DNA of 63,618 bases, counting the filler, from Folioceros fuciformis (Eukaryota): NCBI GenBank assembly GCA_049999805.1. It is 5 parts of 5 records of this genome, joined end to end, with 100 filler letters (N's around TTAATTAATTAA, not from the genome) between each part and the next. Parts side by side here need not be neighbours in the genome. Positions count along the whole stretch, not along the records: positions 1 to 21,606 come from JBNGIO010005636.1; positions 21,707 to 49,569 come from JBNGIO010005638.1; 3 more parts are not named here. One strand, 5' to 3'. Both the position numbers and the translations under genes were made by a program. The notes below the pieces were generated by a model. That model had not been told where the DNA came from, ran no database searches, and was given only the letters and a program-made list of their open reading frames with translations. Each line of letters starts with the position of its first letter. The first letter of the stretch is position 1. Below are positions 11,891 to 24,777 of this stretch, one piece after another.

Positions 11891-14800
11891 TCAGGAAGCC
11901 ACCGCAGACGAAGCTAACGCGTACCTGTCATCATCGTTCGACCTTGAGGCACTAGCCATCTGCCTCTCCACGCCTCGTACATTATATTGCTCATGCACCC
12001 TTATCCTATTATCTTGCCACCACTGCTCAGCTTGCCGTTCACTGAACCTCTTCCTACTGCACAATCCACAAGCCTTTCATCAGTATCCACACCACAGGAT
12101 AACGCTGTATGCGTACGTTCTCCCAGAAGCAGGGCGGACACACGGACAATCGGCCTACTTGTATCAACCATAACTCAGATCTTTAAAATCAGATTGATAG
12201 AGCTCACAGGGAAACGGCGGATGTACCTGAACCTGACTCGCTTCAAGTCCTTCCCACCACCTGGTAAGGCAGTCAAAGTAATATATACTCCGGCCTCTAC
12301 TTGCTCAACCCACTCAGTCCCCTGATCATGCCCATTATCAGATGCGCCTGCACTACTATGCCTCCCTTCTTCAGTTCTCGAGCTGTCGGGTCCGTTGGCA
12401 TCTATTTCAACAGCCCTCGCCGCCTTTGGGAAAACAGTCCTGCTTTGTACAAAGATAGCTCCTTCACCCATTGCCCGAGGGCTGCTCACACCATTGGCAT
12501 CTCCATCTCGTATGCTTGAGACTGCAAATACTGGAGGCTGCATATACTTCCTTGAATTCCCATGTGAACCTTCTAGATCTACAGCACCCATAGAATCGAG
12601 AACCGCTGGTGGATGGAGGCCATTTGGTGGGTCATGCCGACTGACTGCTCCAACTGGCCTTCCTTGCTGGTATGCTACCGGTGGCAGTCTCTCAGCCATA
12701 TCCTTCAACTGATAAAGGGTCAAAAACTAGTGAGTCGTCTTCCCGTTAAAAAAAAACACTATTAATGCAGGGGTAACTCAAAAGCACATTGAAAACCAGC
12801 CATCCGTCACAAACCTGGGCAGTAAGGGACTTGATTACTTCTTTCGCAGCTCTGCACTTGGCAGCCTCTTCTGCAGCTGCAGTCTGTGCTTCCTTCGTCT
12901 TCTGATGGGCTGCTTGCAATTCGATCTCTTGACTTTGGCATTTACTTGTGAGTTGTTCAACCTGATAGGGTACATCAACAACCAGGGTACTACCATCTAC
13001 CGATCATTTGCGTGTCAAGTAGGCATCTTACAGACACAAGACACTTCGAACACAGATCACAAGGTGGTAGACAGTCAATAAGGAGTACACCAATCACAAA
13101 AACATGTCAACGTCAATGAACAAGAGCAAGAGCGTACCTGCTTCAACAACCTCGCCACCTCCTCTGTTAAAAACTCATTGCTTCGCTTCATTTCATCCAC
13201 GGCAGCTTTCGGGGCAGTAAGACCAGATCCTGTCGGTGTTGGGGTGGTTGACCGAGGAGGACTGGGCCGCCTAGACATTGGGGAGTGGGACCTGGAAGCC
13301 ATATCAGCCGAGGGCACTGGAGGCAATGCTGGAAGCTGAGGTAATGGAGGCACATAGGATGGATTGAAGGAAGTCGGGGGCATCACTGAGACCCAACTTG
13401 GTACAGCATTGGGAACAGGAGACACTCGCCTCGAGGAATCAGGTTTCTTACTTCGTTTTGTGGCAGCCTTTCCTTCCATGTGCTTCACCTGTTCACTTGG
13501 CAGAAGTTTTGGAGAAGGCACTTGTGGCTTAGGCACCTTCGGATCAACCTTGTCTTGCCTATCTTTACCGTCTGGACGCCTTGCCACATTAATCTTTTGC
13601 TTTCCTGAAACAGATTGGGGTCCTGCTTGACTGTCAGCCACTTTCTTAAGCTTTGAGTAACATGCATCACAGACACGGTATGGCCGATTGGGATTTGGGG
13701 CCAGTGAGGCTCTGTGCGCCTTTTTTGCACTGCAAGAATGGCAGAACCCCAAACCACAGTTGTAGCAGTTGTGTCGTTTCCTGGTGAAAGTGAACGGATG
13801 CTTACAACCCGAACAAACTGACTGGTCTGCACTTGACACCCATCTGTGCAGACAAATGGCAGCCGTGAAACTCGAACCACATGCTATTGTCTTCACTTGC
13901 TTGTCCTTCAGTGCCTCCACCAAGGTCGGTACGTTTTTGTCATTAGTGTCTCCATGGCCAAGCCTACCATTTGCACCTTTTCCCCAAGTGTACACCTCAG
14001 TCCTTTGAGTCAATACAGCAACATGGTGAGAACCACATGCAATTTCTTCGACAAAAGACTCCCATAGCTTTCCTCCAACAAGACCTGGTAGCTTTCCATC
14101 TGCCTGGGGGTCTCCCAGCTGTCCATAGGAAGTACCTCCCATTGTGAACACCTGCCCTAAGGTGGTCAAGGCTACAGTCAGACTCGCTCCACAGGCCACC
14201 TGCCGGAAGTTATGATCAACAACCGCAGCCACACAGGTTGGAACAAGCTTCTGCTCCTTATCACCATGACCAAGACGACCTTTGTCACCGTCCCCCCATG
14301 TGAAAAGCTTACCAGAGGCACTTGTACTCCCACTGCTGCTAACCATTACTTCTACAACTGCAGCTGTATGCCACACCCCGCAAGCAGCTCTAACCGTTTT
14401 CAGACCTTTCAGAGATTCCACCTCCCTTGGGGAATGAGCGCTCTTTGTGTCTCCGTGGCCTAAAACTCCAAACGTTCCATCGCCAAAAGTGAACAGTTGA
14501 CCAGCTGAAGTGACAAGAGCAGTATGCCATGGGCCACAAGCTATGGATGAGACCCTTATTCCCTCTAGAGGTCCACCTACCTTCTTTGGTACCCAGTGGC
14601 CAGCTAAACCTCCATGGCCCAAAAGCCCAAAATTGTGTGTACCATCACCCCAGGTGTACAGGTCCCCTGAAAGTGTCACAGCAGAAGTGTGATACTCACC
14701 ACAGGCAACAAATTCGATGTTGATAGAAGACAAGGCCTCCACAAGCTGAGGCTGAGACACATCTTTATCAACCCCATGACCCAGTCGTCCACCTGATTCC

Positions 14801-16650
14801 TCGCCCCAACAGAAAACCTCTCCCTGTTTGGACACCAGAGCTGCATGTCGGCCCCCACATGCAATGTGATGTACATCAAGTACCGCCGTTGAGTCTAAGG
14901 GTTTTGGGAAAAGTGCATCCATCTTGGCACCAACTGCGTCGCCAGATCCAGCTCGAAATGGACCACCACCCAGAAAACCGTCGCCAATACCTTCACCCCA
15001 CATGAAGACGTCACCTAGAGCATCGTTTTCATCATGACCTGAACCCTGGCTTGAAGAGCTTACTTGGCTGGACATACTCATTCTAAAAGCTTCCATCGAA
15101 CCACCTCGCATTGGGTTAGTCACAATATCTGACCCGACATCAGAACCTGCAGAGTGGAGCGATCCTCCAGCCGAGCTGGAGTCCAAAAATGTCCTTGAAT
15201 CACCAGCCCAGACTGATGAAAAACCCTTGTCCACTATGGGTAACACTCGAGGAGGACTCTCAAATGGACTCAAGGTTTTGAAGCCTTCACTAGAATCCTG
15301 TAATTATAAATCAAAAAGGCATCATGAATATTACTACCATCATGTCAAGCCATATAAATAATCCCAATAACTGTGCCTGAAAATTGAAGACCGTACTAAC
15401 ATGGATGACAACAGAGACACAAACCTGTGGGAGGCTGTCGGTACTGCCAAACGGGGAACCAAGCGGAGAACTTTTCCTTGTGCGGTTAACTGGACTGTGG
15501 GAATCGAGGCTCAAAACGCCATCACCTCTCGAGTCAACCTTCTTGCGTGACTGGGCTCCAGCAACCAGAGCCTTGAGTCCAACAAACCATACCTCTGCTT
15601 CATCCTTGTCCTTGCAGATCTGGAGATAGTGGAGGGGCTTGAGTGCAAGAACTATCCCACAACCATCACAGCAGAAGAAAACTTGAAACAGGTTTCAGTG
15701 TGCCCACGGGAAATGGCAGGGCGGTACCAAATCAAGAGATCGTTCGTCGTTCTGATAGATTAGAGAAAACGACTGATACTCTTTCTCTGGCCGTGGATAT
15801 CGCTGAAATATCAGCTGCAGGGTGGTGTAGACGACATGAACAAATAGAAAAAAAAAATCAGAAACCATCAGAGAGCGCACGCACAAGGCAACTATGAAGC
15901 AGATATGAAAATTAGGTTCTCACAGTTCGCTGGCCAGGAACAATTCTCGAGACAGAGTTCAACTTCAAGACTTTCTCTTCCTTTCCAGAATACCATATCA
16001 AAGATGTTTCATCCTGTGTCAGGCATGCCAAGAAGCTTAGCGTTGTTTCTGTGCTAGTGACAGGGATGAAGACACACGGAAATGCTTCAGGCCACTCACA
16101 TTCGACAGCCTAAAAGGACAGAACTTCGGCTTGCCCCTGCGTCCGTATTTCAGTAGCTGTGCACCCTTCTTCAACGCAGTGATTGCCTTCACAACAGTTA
16201 ATTCCAAATATTAACAACGTGTGAGTTTACCAACTGACACCCGCTCATCCTAAAGAGGGACGTCAAATGAGCTACAGTCTCTTCCGTAGAGCAAGAACAC
16301 CTCCTTGCACGCAAAATGCACTAGAGATGTCTGCATCAAGCAGATAGACGCTACTCGTCAGTTGTAGATCAAGAGCGCGAAGCTCGCTGCAAAATGCACA
16401 TATCCACCTGCTTCACTAGTGAGCAGCAGCTACTTCCAAATGACAATCAAGGAGAAGTTCTTCGTGTGAGTTGAAACTAAGCGTATGGGAGGGAAATGAG
16501 CCACACACCAAGCGTACCAGGACAGGACAAACTATTAACTGTTTCGGCACCAAAATACCAGATCCAGAACTAGCAGGTAAACATCCGACATATGACATAT
16601 ACCTGTTCAATGTCACGCTCAGCAGGTCCATTTCGTGCGAACTCTGCCAT
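11891..16650 (-). CDS. RLD: PRAF/RLD family protein (PH, RCC1 repeats, FYVE finger, coiled coil, BRX domain)
   Basis: PH exons ([47 protein letters not shown]). Large exon with RCC1 repeats and FYVE finger ([18 protein letters not shown]). BRX domain [34 protein letters not shown]. The stop is approximate; an intron-containing 5' UTR probably extends beyond 17.3 kb. Confidence 0.93.
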
Positions 16651-18932
16651 TCGCTGTACAGGCCTTGCGTGTTGCATCAAGTTCCTAGCTCCTACAAAGA
16701 GTCCAGGATCTGAGAAGCTCCAAGTCTGAGACAGCCAAGCTTCTCATCTCCCTTGTCCCGCATTCGGCAGTAAGCATTCTCTCTCAGATTTTCGCCCAGA
16801 CCAACTGGCCCCGAAAACCATCAACTGCATGGGAGCAAAGAAGACCTGGTGCATGTCACCGCCCGTTGGCAAGCAAGCAGCACGCTCCCTCCTATAGTAC
16901 AACACTCGAGGCTCTTCACCATCTAAACCCTGACACAGGCCCTTTCCAACAGCACTCCGAACATTCCGAGCTCAAGGGTCACACAGACATTGCGATGACA
17001 GCTCCGATAGGAAACTCCTTCGCCACATACAACACCTTAGCTCCGACGCCACCGAGGATCCATCAACGCCTTTAGCAGCTGCCCGTAAAGACCCCTGAGC
17101 CCCCGGCTACAGTCCGCAAACTAGTAAAAAACCCAGCCGCAACACCCGGTCCCCTGGCACAAGAGAGATTCCGAAAGACCGGAAAGCCGAGTGGATGGGG
17201 GAAAAAAAAAAAAAAAACGGAGCTCACGCTACTCGCATTCGCCGTGAGCTATGCATGCCGTTGCAACGATCCGAAACCCTGACTCACCAGGGCAGCTCAG
17301 CTGCTCCCTTCCTCTAGGGCCGGGGCGACCTTCCTCCCCCGCACACATATTCCTCCATCCACACATCCGCAACCTCCCTCTTCCCGCTTCTCCCTGCCTC
17401 CAACGGCAGCGCGAACCTGATCCAACCTCCCTTCCTGCTTCAGCGCTGCCTCCTCTAAGCTGTCACCCGACGGTCCCTCGGGCTGGCTGCTTGAGCAGAA
17501 AGCGCGTAAAACGAAAGCAAATGCGCTGCCGCATAACACATCCGGCAGCGGCAGCGGCAGCAGCAATTCACCAAAACGACGTGATCCGGCTTCGGCTCCG
17601 ACCCCTGCTCCGGCACCTGCTCCAATTGCTCCCAGCTACAGAAACAATGGGAATTCCGTTCCAGCCCCGCACCCCGGGCAATTGCCATGCATTCGCCGCA
17701 TTTCCGCTGCGGATCCACGCGATCCCTCCTGGCGCCGGGAATCCTCAATCCCTGCTCCCAGACCGCTTCCACGCCCGTTTCCCTCCCGGCCCACTTTCCT
17801 TCCCCGCGCTCTCACAGAAATAGGAGCTGCGGCCCGCGGCTTCGGCAGACGGTGGGCTGGCAGAAGGGCGGAGGCGAGGCAGCGTGGGGGCAGCAGCAGA
17901 GGGAGCCGCACCCGCAGGCAGAGGAGCAGGCGGACGCAGGACAGGCGGGGCTCATCAGGTAGGCCAGCGGGGAGGCGTCGGACGGAAAGAGAGAGGAAGG
18001 AAGGAGAAGTAACAGTGCAGCTCTATTCAGCAAAATCTACCCAGACTCGCATGGGAGGCAGAGGCCGAGGACGAGACCCAGCCCAGACCGGGCCCGGGCC
18101 TGGCATGCGCGGAACGGGACCAGGCACGCGCCCGGTGGAGGGGCCATAAACCTAACGGACAGTCCATTGCTTCGTCTGTTTCTGTTGCGGATTTGCAGTA
18201 CGGGCCACGGCGGGGAACGCCAGGACCTTCCCAATTGCGATGTCTCGGGAGAAGGCCCTGCGTAGTGTAAAACAGGCTATGTGTGTGTACATACGTCCAT
18301 AGCTACATTTTTTTATGATCCGAGGAGAGAGTCAATCAATGTGGCACGAAATCCTGGTGCAGTTTTGCGGTGGGTTCGGGGTTCGGGTTCGGTTCGGGGT
18401 CCGTTCCCTCCCGCACGTTCCACGACAGGGAGATGCCGTTTCGAAACGGCCCCTCTGGCAGTAGTGGAAATTGATGGCGCTCCCGCGCCATCATGCTACG
18501 CAGAACCAGCCTGCCATGGCGCACACATGCCTCGTGTCGTCTTCCTTCTTTCTCCTTTGTCTGTCTGTCTGCCAGGCCAGGCCTACATCGGCTTGCGAGT
18601 TCGGCGTTGCGGGGATTATCATCCGATGAGCGGACCGTCTCCCGCTCGCGTTCAGGATCGACATGCGGCGGAGCTTCATCTTTGCGACCTTATCTACACG
18701 TTATGGTAATTCAAGCGCACAAAGACGACTAAATCAAGGCTGCACTAAGCTCCCGCCCCGCCATCGCCGACCAATGAGGAGCCGCTCTTGCCAGCTTTTT
18801 ATGTATGCGGTATCAAATTTTGGATGTGCAGCTGGCTGGCCTGTGAGGTTACCGGACTGGCTGCCGCCTTTACGATCGTCTCCTTCTTTGGCTGCGGCTG
18901 TATTCGTCATCAGATCACAGCTTCTACTTCCG

Positions 18933-19081
18933 CTCCTTCTGCATTCTCCTTCGAGTGGAGAGTGCCAGGTGATAAGGTAGCTGCTCCTTCTGCGTTCCTC
19001 CTTCGAGTGGAGAGTGCCAGGTGATAAGGTAGCTCCTTCTGCATTCCTCCTTCGAGTGGAGAGTGCCAGGTGATTAGGTAA
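18933..19081. repeat. Tandem repeat, 3 copies of about 49 bp
   Basis: Unit CTCCTTCTGCATTCCTCCTTCGAGTGGAGAGTGCCAGGTGATAAGGTAG repeated three times with minor changes. Confidence 0.9.
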
Positions 19082-19898
19082 TGCGTTACACATGTAATGG
19101 GGATATACATACATGATAAATGTACGTACATATCAGATATTTCGTTGTTTGTCTACTTGTTTGTTTGATTGTTGTTACCTAACCGCACGCTTGTGGAGAG
19201 CCGGAGGCGCACTCCAGCCGCTAATCCTGACAAAGAGGCTCTCTATGCACAAACAGTTTGTACTCACATACGATCCACTTTTACAAGATCCTAACCAGTG
19301 TCCCTGCCAGCTTGCCTTGGAAACAGCATCGAGTTCGCACACAGCGCCTGCACACACGCGCAGACACATGGCGAAGAAGGTTCATGAACAGGACAGACGA
19401 GGCAGCCGTTTGACACAAATCCGCTACGGCTTCTGGTGAAGGAGGCACGCACTTCGAGAAAAAAAATCTGGCCATTTCGGCTTGAGAGATAGTGTTCGCA
19501 GGCAGCCTCAACATGAGGAGCCGGAAGTGGGAGTCTCGCTCGGGACTAACTCTGTGTTCCAAGTGTTTGGTGGAGCCACTTTTGCCTCCGAAGTCCAAAC
19601 TCGGTGAAGAAATCCTGTTGGCGGTGTGTCGTACGTGGCGGGAAGAAGCGTGCCTTCGGTCTACGGGCCAACGTCATCCTGACCTCCAAGATCTCAGTTC
19701 CCACTTCTGTGATTGTTCCCCGGATTTCCCCTATCAGGATTTCACGATGACTTACTGGAGAGAATTCCCGCTTTCTGCCGCAATCGTTAGGCCCCAGGCC
19801 ACGTCGCGATTTCATTGGTCTCTCGCATGTGCACGAAATATGCACCATCAAGTACTCCATCACTTCCAACTCAACAGAACATGTGGGCAAGTGCTAGT

Positions 19899-21606
19899 TC
19901 AGATGCTGGGCGGCCCCGCACCTGTTATAGAGCCTTGGCCTGCCACAGACACCGACAACCACCTAAGCCACTCCTAAGGTACAGGAATAAGAGACACCTT
20001 AAAGCGACACTCGGAATAGACACTCACAGACGCGCTTGGCTCCCGCTGCAGGCTACTCTGCAGTGCGGCAATCTGTTGCTGCTGCTGGTGAATGATTATC
20101 TGAACCCCCACTTCTTCCGTCAGAGACTATTCATACAACAGAAACGTGTCTACATAATCAACACACTTACACAGTTCCAAGTATGTACCTGCTGCTGTTG
20201 GACAACCTGAGGAGGCTGAGATGCCCCAGATCCTGTGGCGGCCTTGGAAAGGTCCCGCAGGACTCCCTGTCAGAGAGGAGTAAGAAAGTTGAGCTCAAAT
20301 TGCAAAGGGAGACCAAGCCATCAAGAAACAGCATGGAGAAGACTACGACGGGGCTCGTCCCGTACGTTGGAAACATGCACAGCCAGATGCACACCGAGGC
20401 CATCCTTTGCACAGGAGAGAGTAAGACTTAAGTATGGGACCACTTACTTTAGTAGCCCACATCAACCCACAAGCATTGCAAAGGGTCCTAGGGCCTGCTG
20501 GACCACGTCGCATCATTGGAGTCGACTGTTCACCTATGCCGCAATGGACACAACTGCAACATGGTTGGACAAATCCAATTTCGTTAATTGCGCGACGCAC
20601 CAAGTGCTGAGCAAAAGCGGACGATAGCACTCAGAAGGGTAAATTCAGACACACCACAGTCAGCCACACAAATTCCTTCAAGATCCATACATGACTTCTT
20701 GTTGAGCACCTCCAGCAACAAGTGAGGGTAGTTCAGACGAATCCCAGTTCGATACATTCCTGGCCTCCTCCCCACTGTTCCTTGACGATGCAAACTGGCC
20801 CTTCTTTCGTTGCATTCTGAACGCACAAAAACTACAAACAATTAACCCTACAGCCCAAGGCTCCGGAGATGCGCACAAGGCTAGCCCAAAAGTCATATCA
20901 CGATAACACAGCACAGAGCAACATTGCTGCAATACCTTTGCGCAACCTCCTTCCTAACGCTATACCGAATTTTCTTATCATAACAGCGCTCCTTGCGCTT
21001 TTCTCGAAACCTGTTCAAGGATGCCAGTCTTTGAGGCATGTTCATACGAGCCGGAAGCTCAGCCAACCCCTGATAAGACCACCAACTTCAGCTGTCCCAT
21101 TCAGTACGCAGCCATTCACACACCAGTCATCCAAATACACACCAACCATCCATTCAAGACTAAATCCAAGAGGCACCTTATGGTGATGCCCTGCTGACAT
21201 GGTAACACCAGACATTCCAGGCGGTATCTCTCGCCCTCCTAACAGCAGCAGCACTGCTTGAACCTGCACCCGCCACTCTCCTCAGGTCAGCCAACAGGTT
21301 ACCAAACAACCACCAAACACACGCAATACTCAACACATCACCTTCTCAGGTGGCACGGTATCAAACACATACACCTCCCCCTGATACGACAGGGTCAGCT
21401 GCGTCGTGCCCTGCACTCTGACGGCCAGCGGCGTCGGAGGCTCCCCTAGATTGGGATCAGAATGCATATCCGCCTCGTCCAGCCCCTCCCCGTCCCCGGG
21501 ATCATCGTCCTGGTCGTCGTCCGCCATGCCGTCGTCGTCCTCATGCTCGTGCTGGTGCCCGTGACCCGCCATATGCTGGTGCTCCCCCGAGATGTGGTCA
21601 TGCGAA
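19899..21606 (-). CDS. ZML: ZIM/ZML-type GATA transcription factor (tify + CCT + GATA finger); 5' end cut by contig break
   Basis: tify [109 protein letters not shown]. The 3' exons are approximate. Confidence 0.92.
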
Positions 21607-21706
21607 NNNNNNNNNNNNNNNNNNNNNNNNNNNNNNNNNNNNNNNNNNNNTTAATTAATTAANNNNNNNNNNNNNNNNNNNNNNNNNNNNNNNNNNNNNN
21701 NNNNNN
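21607..21706. other. Artificial contig spacer (44N-TTAATTAATTAA-44N)
   Basis: Exact 100-bp unit with a six-frame stop linker, present four times in the window. Confidence 0.97.
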
Positions 21707-22346
21707 CAGCCCCTGGGAAGGTGCAATTCACCACTACCACGGTGTACGCCCGCCCGAAGCCCCAGTCTGGCAGCATCTTCCGACTTGTCCCTGGAATCGC
21801 CGCTACAGAAGCGCCGGATCCCTCACCTTCAGCTCCTGCGGGGAGCCAGGCGCAGTCGAAACTCGCATTTCCGAAAACTTGCGCGGGCTTGGACGCCAGG
21901 CCGACAACGGCGAAGGTCGTCGGCCCGCCTCGGTATGCCGACATCTGGACAAAAAGTGCCGCCGCGTTGCCGTGTGCTCGGAACCTCCGCTTGATGCCGT
22001 TCGTGGGCGGCCCCGGGATGCCCGACCCGGGCCAGTCCTCCGCTCGTACTCCTCCTGTCGCCGCACCGGAGCTGCCGTCCCTGCAATTCAAGGGCGCCAA
22101 TCCCTCGCCCTGGGCCAGGCCTAGATCTGGCACCAGGCTCCGGATGGGGAGAGGCTGCAACATAGTGATGAGCAGCAGGCAAATGGCAATCACCACGGAC
22201 GCCAGAATCTGCGCCCGGAAATTGATGAGCCGCATTGCGACCATTTTGCACCAACTATGGAGCCTAAAGGTGTGTGCATGCTTGCCACCGGCAGTGGAAG
22301 GCCTGTCTAGCCACGGCCCCGCAAACTTCTGCATACCTGCCTCCAT
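21707..22346 (-). CDS. GALS: Galactan beta-1,4-galactosyltransferase (GT92/DUF23), 5' part only
   Basis: Type II TM anchor, then IKRRFRAHGNAAALFVQMSAYRGGPTTFAVVGLASKP and MLPDWGFGRAYTVVVVNCTF, characteristic of GALS proteins. Cut at the contig edge; start codon uncertain. Confidence 0.88.
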
Positions 22347-23217
22347 CAACTCTTTCGTGTCGTCTCCTCCTCTCCGCTCCCCGACTTCCTCGCTCAGCTC
22401 CAATTGAAATTATAGTTGAGATCGGAGTGGAAGCCGCGATCGGAGGTGGAGGTGGAGGTGACTCCCATCTCCACACACAGCGCCCTGGAGTGGAACGCTG
22501 ATGAAAAGGAGGCAGCACTCAGCAGACAGCCGGCACCAGATGGCGCGCGCTCATTCCACCCACGGGCCCTTCCGACGCGGCAGGTTGGTGGCAATCCACA
22601 CTTTCCAACAGTCATTCCGCGGACGAGCTATTCACGCTGGCGGTGGGAGGGGAAGGAAATTGCGGACAGGCTGGTTGTAGACCGGCTGTGCTTCTCACTG
22701 GCGGCGTCTCAATCGGCCCGGCCCCGACCGGCCCGTCGAACAACAACTCTCGACGCACCCGCCGAGCAAATGTCCACGGCTCGGGAAACGGCGGCGACTG
22801 CTGAAACAACTTTTCTTTTTCTTTCTAATAAAAAAAGCTGATGGAGCTCAAGCCCCTAGGAGAGTCCACTTTTATGCCTGCGAATTGTCGCTTCTTATTC
22901 CCTACCAATGTAAGGTCCCAACTACGGAGGGTCGACTGGACTTAGCTATCCGTTACGGTTTGCGCTTCACTTCTCCGGCTGCGGCTCCGGCTCCGGCTGG
23001 GCTGGATTGAACATTGACCAGAGAACTGGAACCAAGTCCATTCCACACTTCATTGTCACACGGTTTTGTCTACGATAGTTACGTACAGTACATGGATGTA
23101 CAGTATACAGTGTACCTAACTCCGGAGTTTTGTCCTTTTGCGTACATGTACATATGTACATCCAGCCTTATTCTGGTTACCAAGTGGAATCTTGCGCGTC
23201 ATTCATGCCCTGAGACC

Positions 23218-23781
23218 ATGGCGGGTATGCAACGTGCGCTTTACGATAATGTGGAGATATGTCCCATTTGCCATGAGGATTTGGACTGTGCTTTATGGGC
23301 AAGAATTGGAGATTGCTCTCACGCCTTTCATCTAAGGTGCCTAGTGAGGTGGTATGTTGCCGAAGGATCGGAGCATGCGTATTATCTAATTTGTCCAGCT
23401 TGTAGAATAGCGGCAACAGCAACAAACCCTTGTGGAGGAGATCATGATGTGCCATTTGCGAGGTCTAGGGTAGGGCTTGCAAAACTAACACGGAGCCCTC
23501 ACGCAGGAAGGCATAAGCAGGAGGAGGAGGTTCATGCACATACGCACATGCAAGTGGGAGAGGAGGAAGAAAACAAAATGGGAGAGGAGGAAAAAAACAA
23601 AGTGCATGAGAAATCTGCGAAGGAGGATGAGGCTTGTGCCGCAGTTGCCACTCCTCTGTCACACATGTTTGTGAGAGTGTCGGATTTTGTGAATTTTCAC
23701 AGGGACGCCGCTCCCGGGGGTGATCTTGAACACCACGGTGATGGTGGCAAGCGAGATCAGCGTGAGGAGAGTAGTGCGTAG
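23218..23781 (+). CDS. Intronless RING-H2 zinc finger protein
   Basis: CPICHEDL..CSHAFHLRCLVRW..CPACR followed by an acidic tail. Confidence 0.7.
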   Translation: MAGMQRALYDNVEICPICHEDLDCALWARIGDCSHAFHLRCLVRWYVAEGSEHAYYLICPACRIAATATNPCGGDHDVPFARSRVGLAKLTRSPHAGRHKQEEEVHAHTHMQVGEEEENKMGEEEKNKVHEKSAKEDEACAAVATPLSHMFVRVSDFVNFHRDAAPGGDLEHHGDGGKRDQREESSA

Positions 23782-23865
23782 GTAGTGAACGTATGATGTT
23801 GACGTTAGGACGTCAGCACGTTGGAATGATTTTCTTGAGTCGATGGTGACTTGGTGGATGCGTGC

Positions 23866-24444
23866 ATGGCGAGGCCGCGAGAGCGGGAGGCGCTTGTGAG
23901 GAAGGTTTTCGGGAGGTTTGGCGAGTGCCTGCTGTGCCGCGAGGTGTTGGCTGCCAAGCGGTGGACGAGGTTGCGGGAATGCGGCCATGCATTCCACGTT
24001 CAATGCGCGGTGACATGGTTCGTGCGGCGGAAGAAAGGGAAGGAGCGGGCGCGGTGTCCATACTGCCGGAGCCCGGCTGGCGGACGCGAAGAATTGCGTG
24101 ACCAGGGCGGTGACATGGAAGTGGAAGAAGACGATGTCTGGAGAGAGGCAGAGGCAACTTCCTCTCATGACTGCAGGAAGAGCCTCACCTTCCGCCATGA
24201 TAGGAGCATGCAAGGGAATGTGGAGACATTCGTTGCGGTAGAAACGGCCATGGCGAGCGTGAATCAGGTAGTTACCATCGCCGGCGCGGACAGAGCTGTG
24301 CTGCGAATCTACCATGAGCCAACGGCCACATCGGAGACTGAGCGGCCGGTGCCTACAAATCAGGAGGCTTCTTCGCCCTCGAGCCACCACCACTTGTCAC
24401 CTCCACCGCAAAGCCCTAGCGCTCACTCGGACTCCCTCGCTTGA
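23866..24444 (+). CDS. Second intronless RING-H2 zinc finger protein
   Basis: CLLCREVL..CGHAFHVQCAVTW..CPYCR; first in-frame ATG at 23866. Confidence 0.7.
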   Translation: MARPREREALVRKVFGRFGECLLCREVLAAKRWTRLRECGHAFHVQCAVTWFVRRKKGKERARCPYCRSPAGGREELRDQGGDMEVEEDDVWREAEATSSHDCRKSLTFRHDRSMQGNVETFVAVETAMASVNQVVTIAGADRAVLRIYHEPTATSETERPVPTNQEASSPSSHHHLSPPPQSPSAHSDSLA

Positions 24445-24777
24445 GACGCTAAGCCAGTGGCGGCACGGAGCGCGATACATCACTCAAGCCACTACGTCGC
24501 TGACAACGAAGTCACCTGCACCACTTCGTCCGCATTTCCCGGGCCACAGGCACGCTGCGCCGGTCAGGGAGCACTCCCAGCCCCCATGCCACGAGTCGCC
24601 CGCGAGAAGGACAGCATAACTGGCAGACTGCGAGGGAACAGGAATTTATGAGTCTGACAATGGTATGAAGCTCGGAGATCGACACCCTTCTGTTCAAGGA
24701 AATTTAGCAAGCGCATCATCACTTCTTGGGGACCGAGTGCAAGTTTGTAGACTATGCTCCGTCCACAGATGACGGCA

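Noticed and set aside
17251-18709. Numerous overlapping 100-190 aa ORFs
   Set aside because: GC-rich 5' UTR/promoter of the RLD gene; low-complexity translations without domains.
21607-21706. TTAATTAATTAA motif recurring four times between N runs
   Set aside because: Identical 100-bp construct with stops in all six frames: a contig-concatenation linker, not biology. ORFs crossing it and gene order across it are artefacts.
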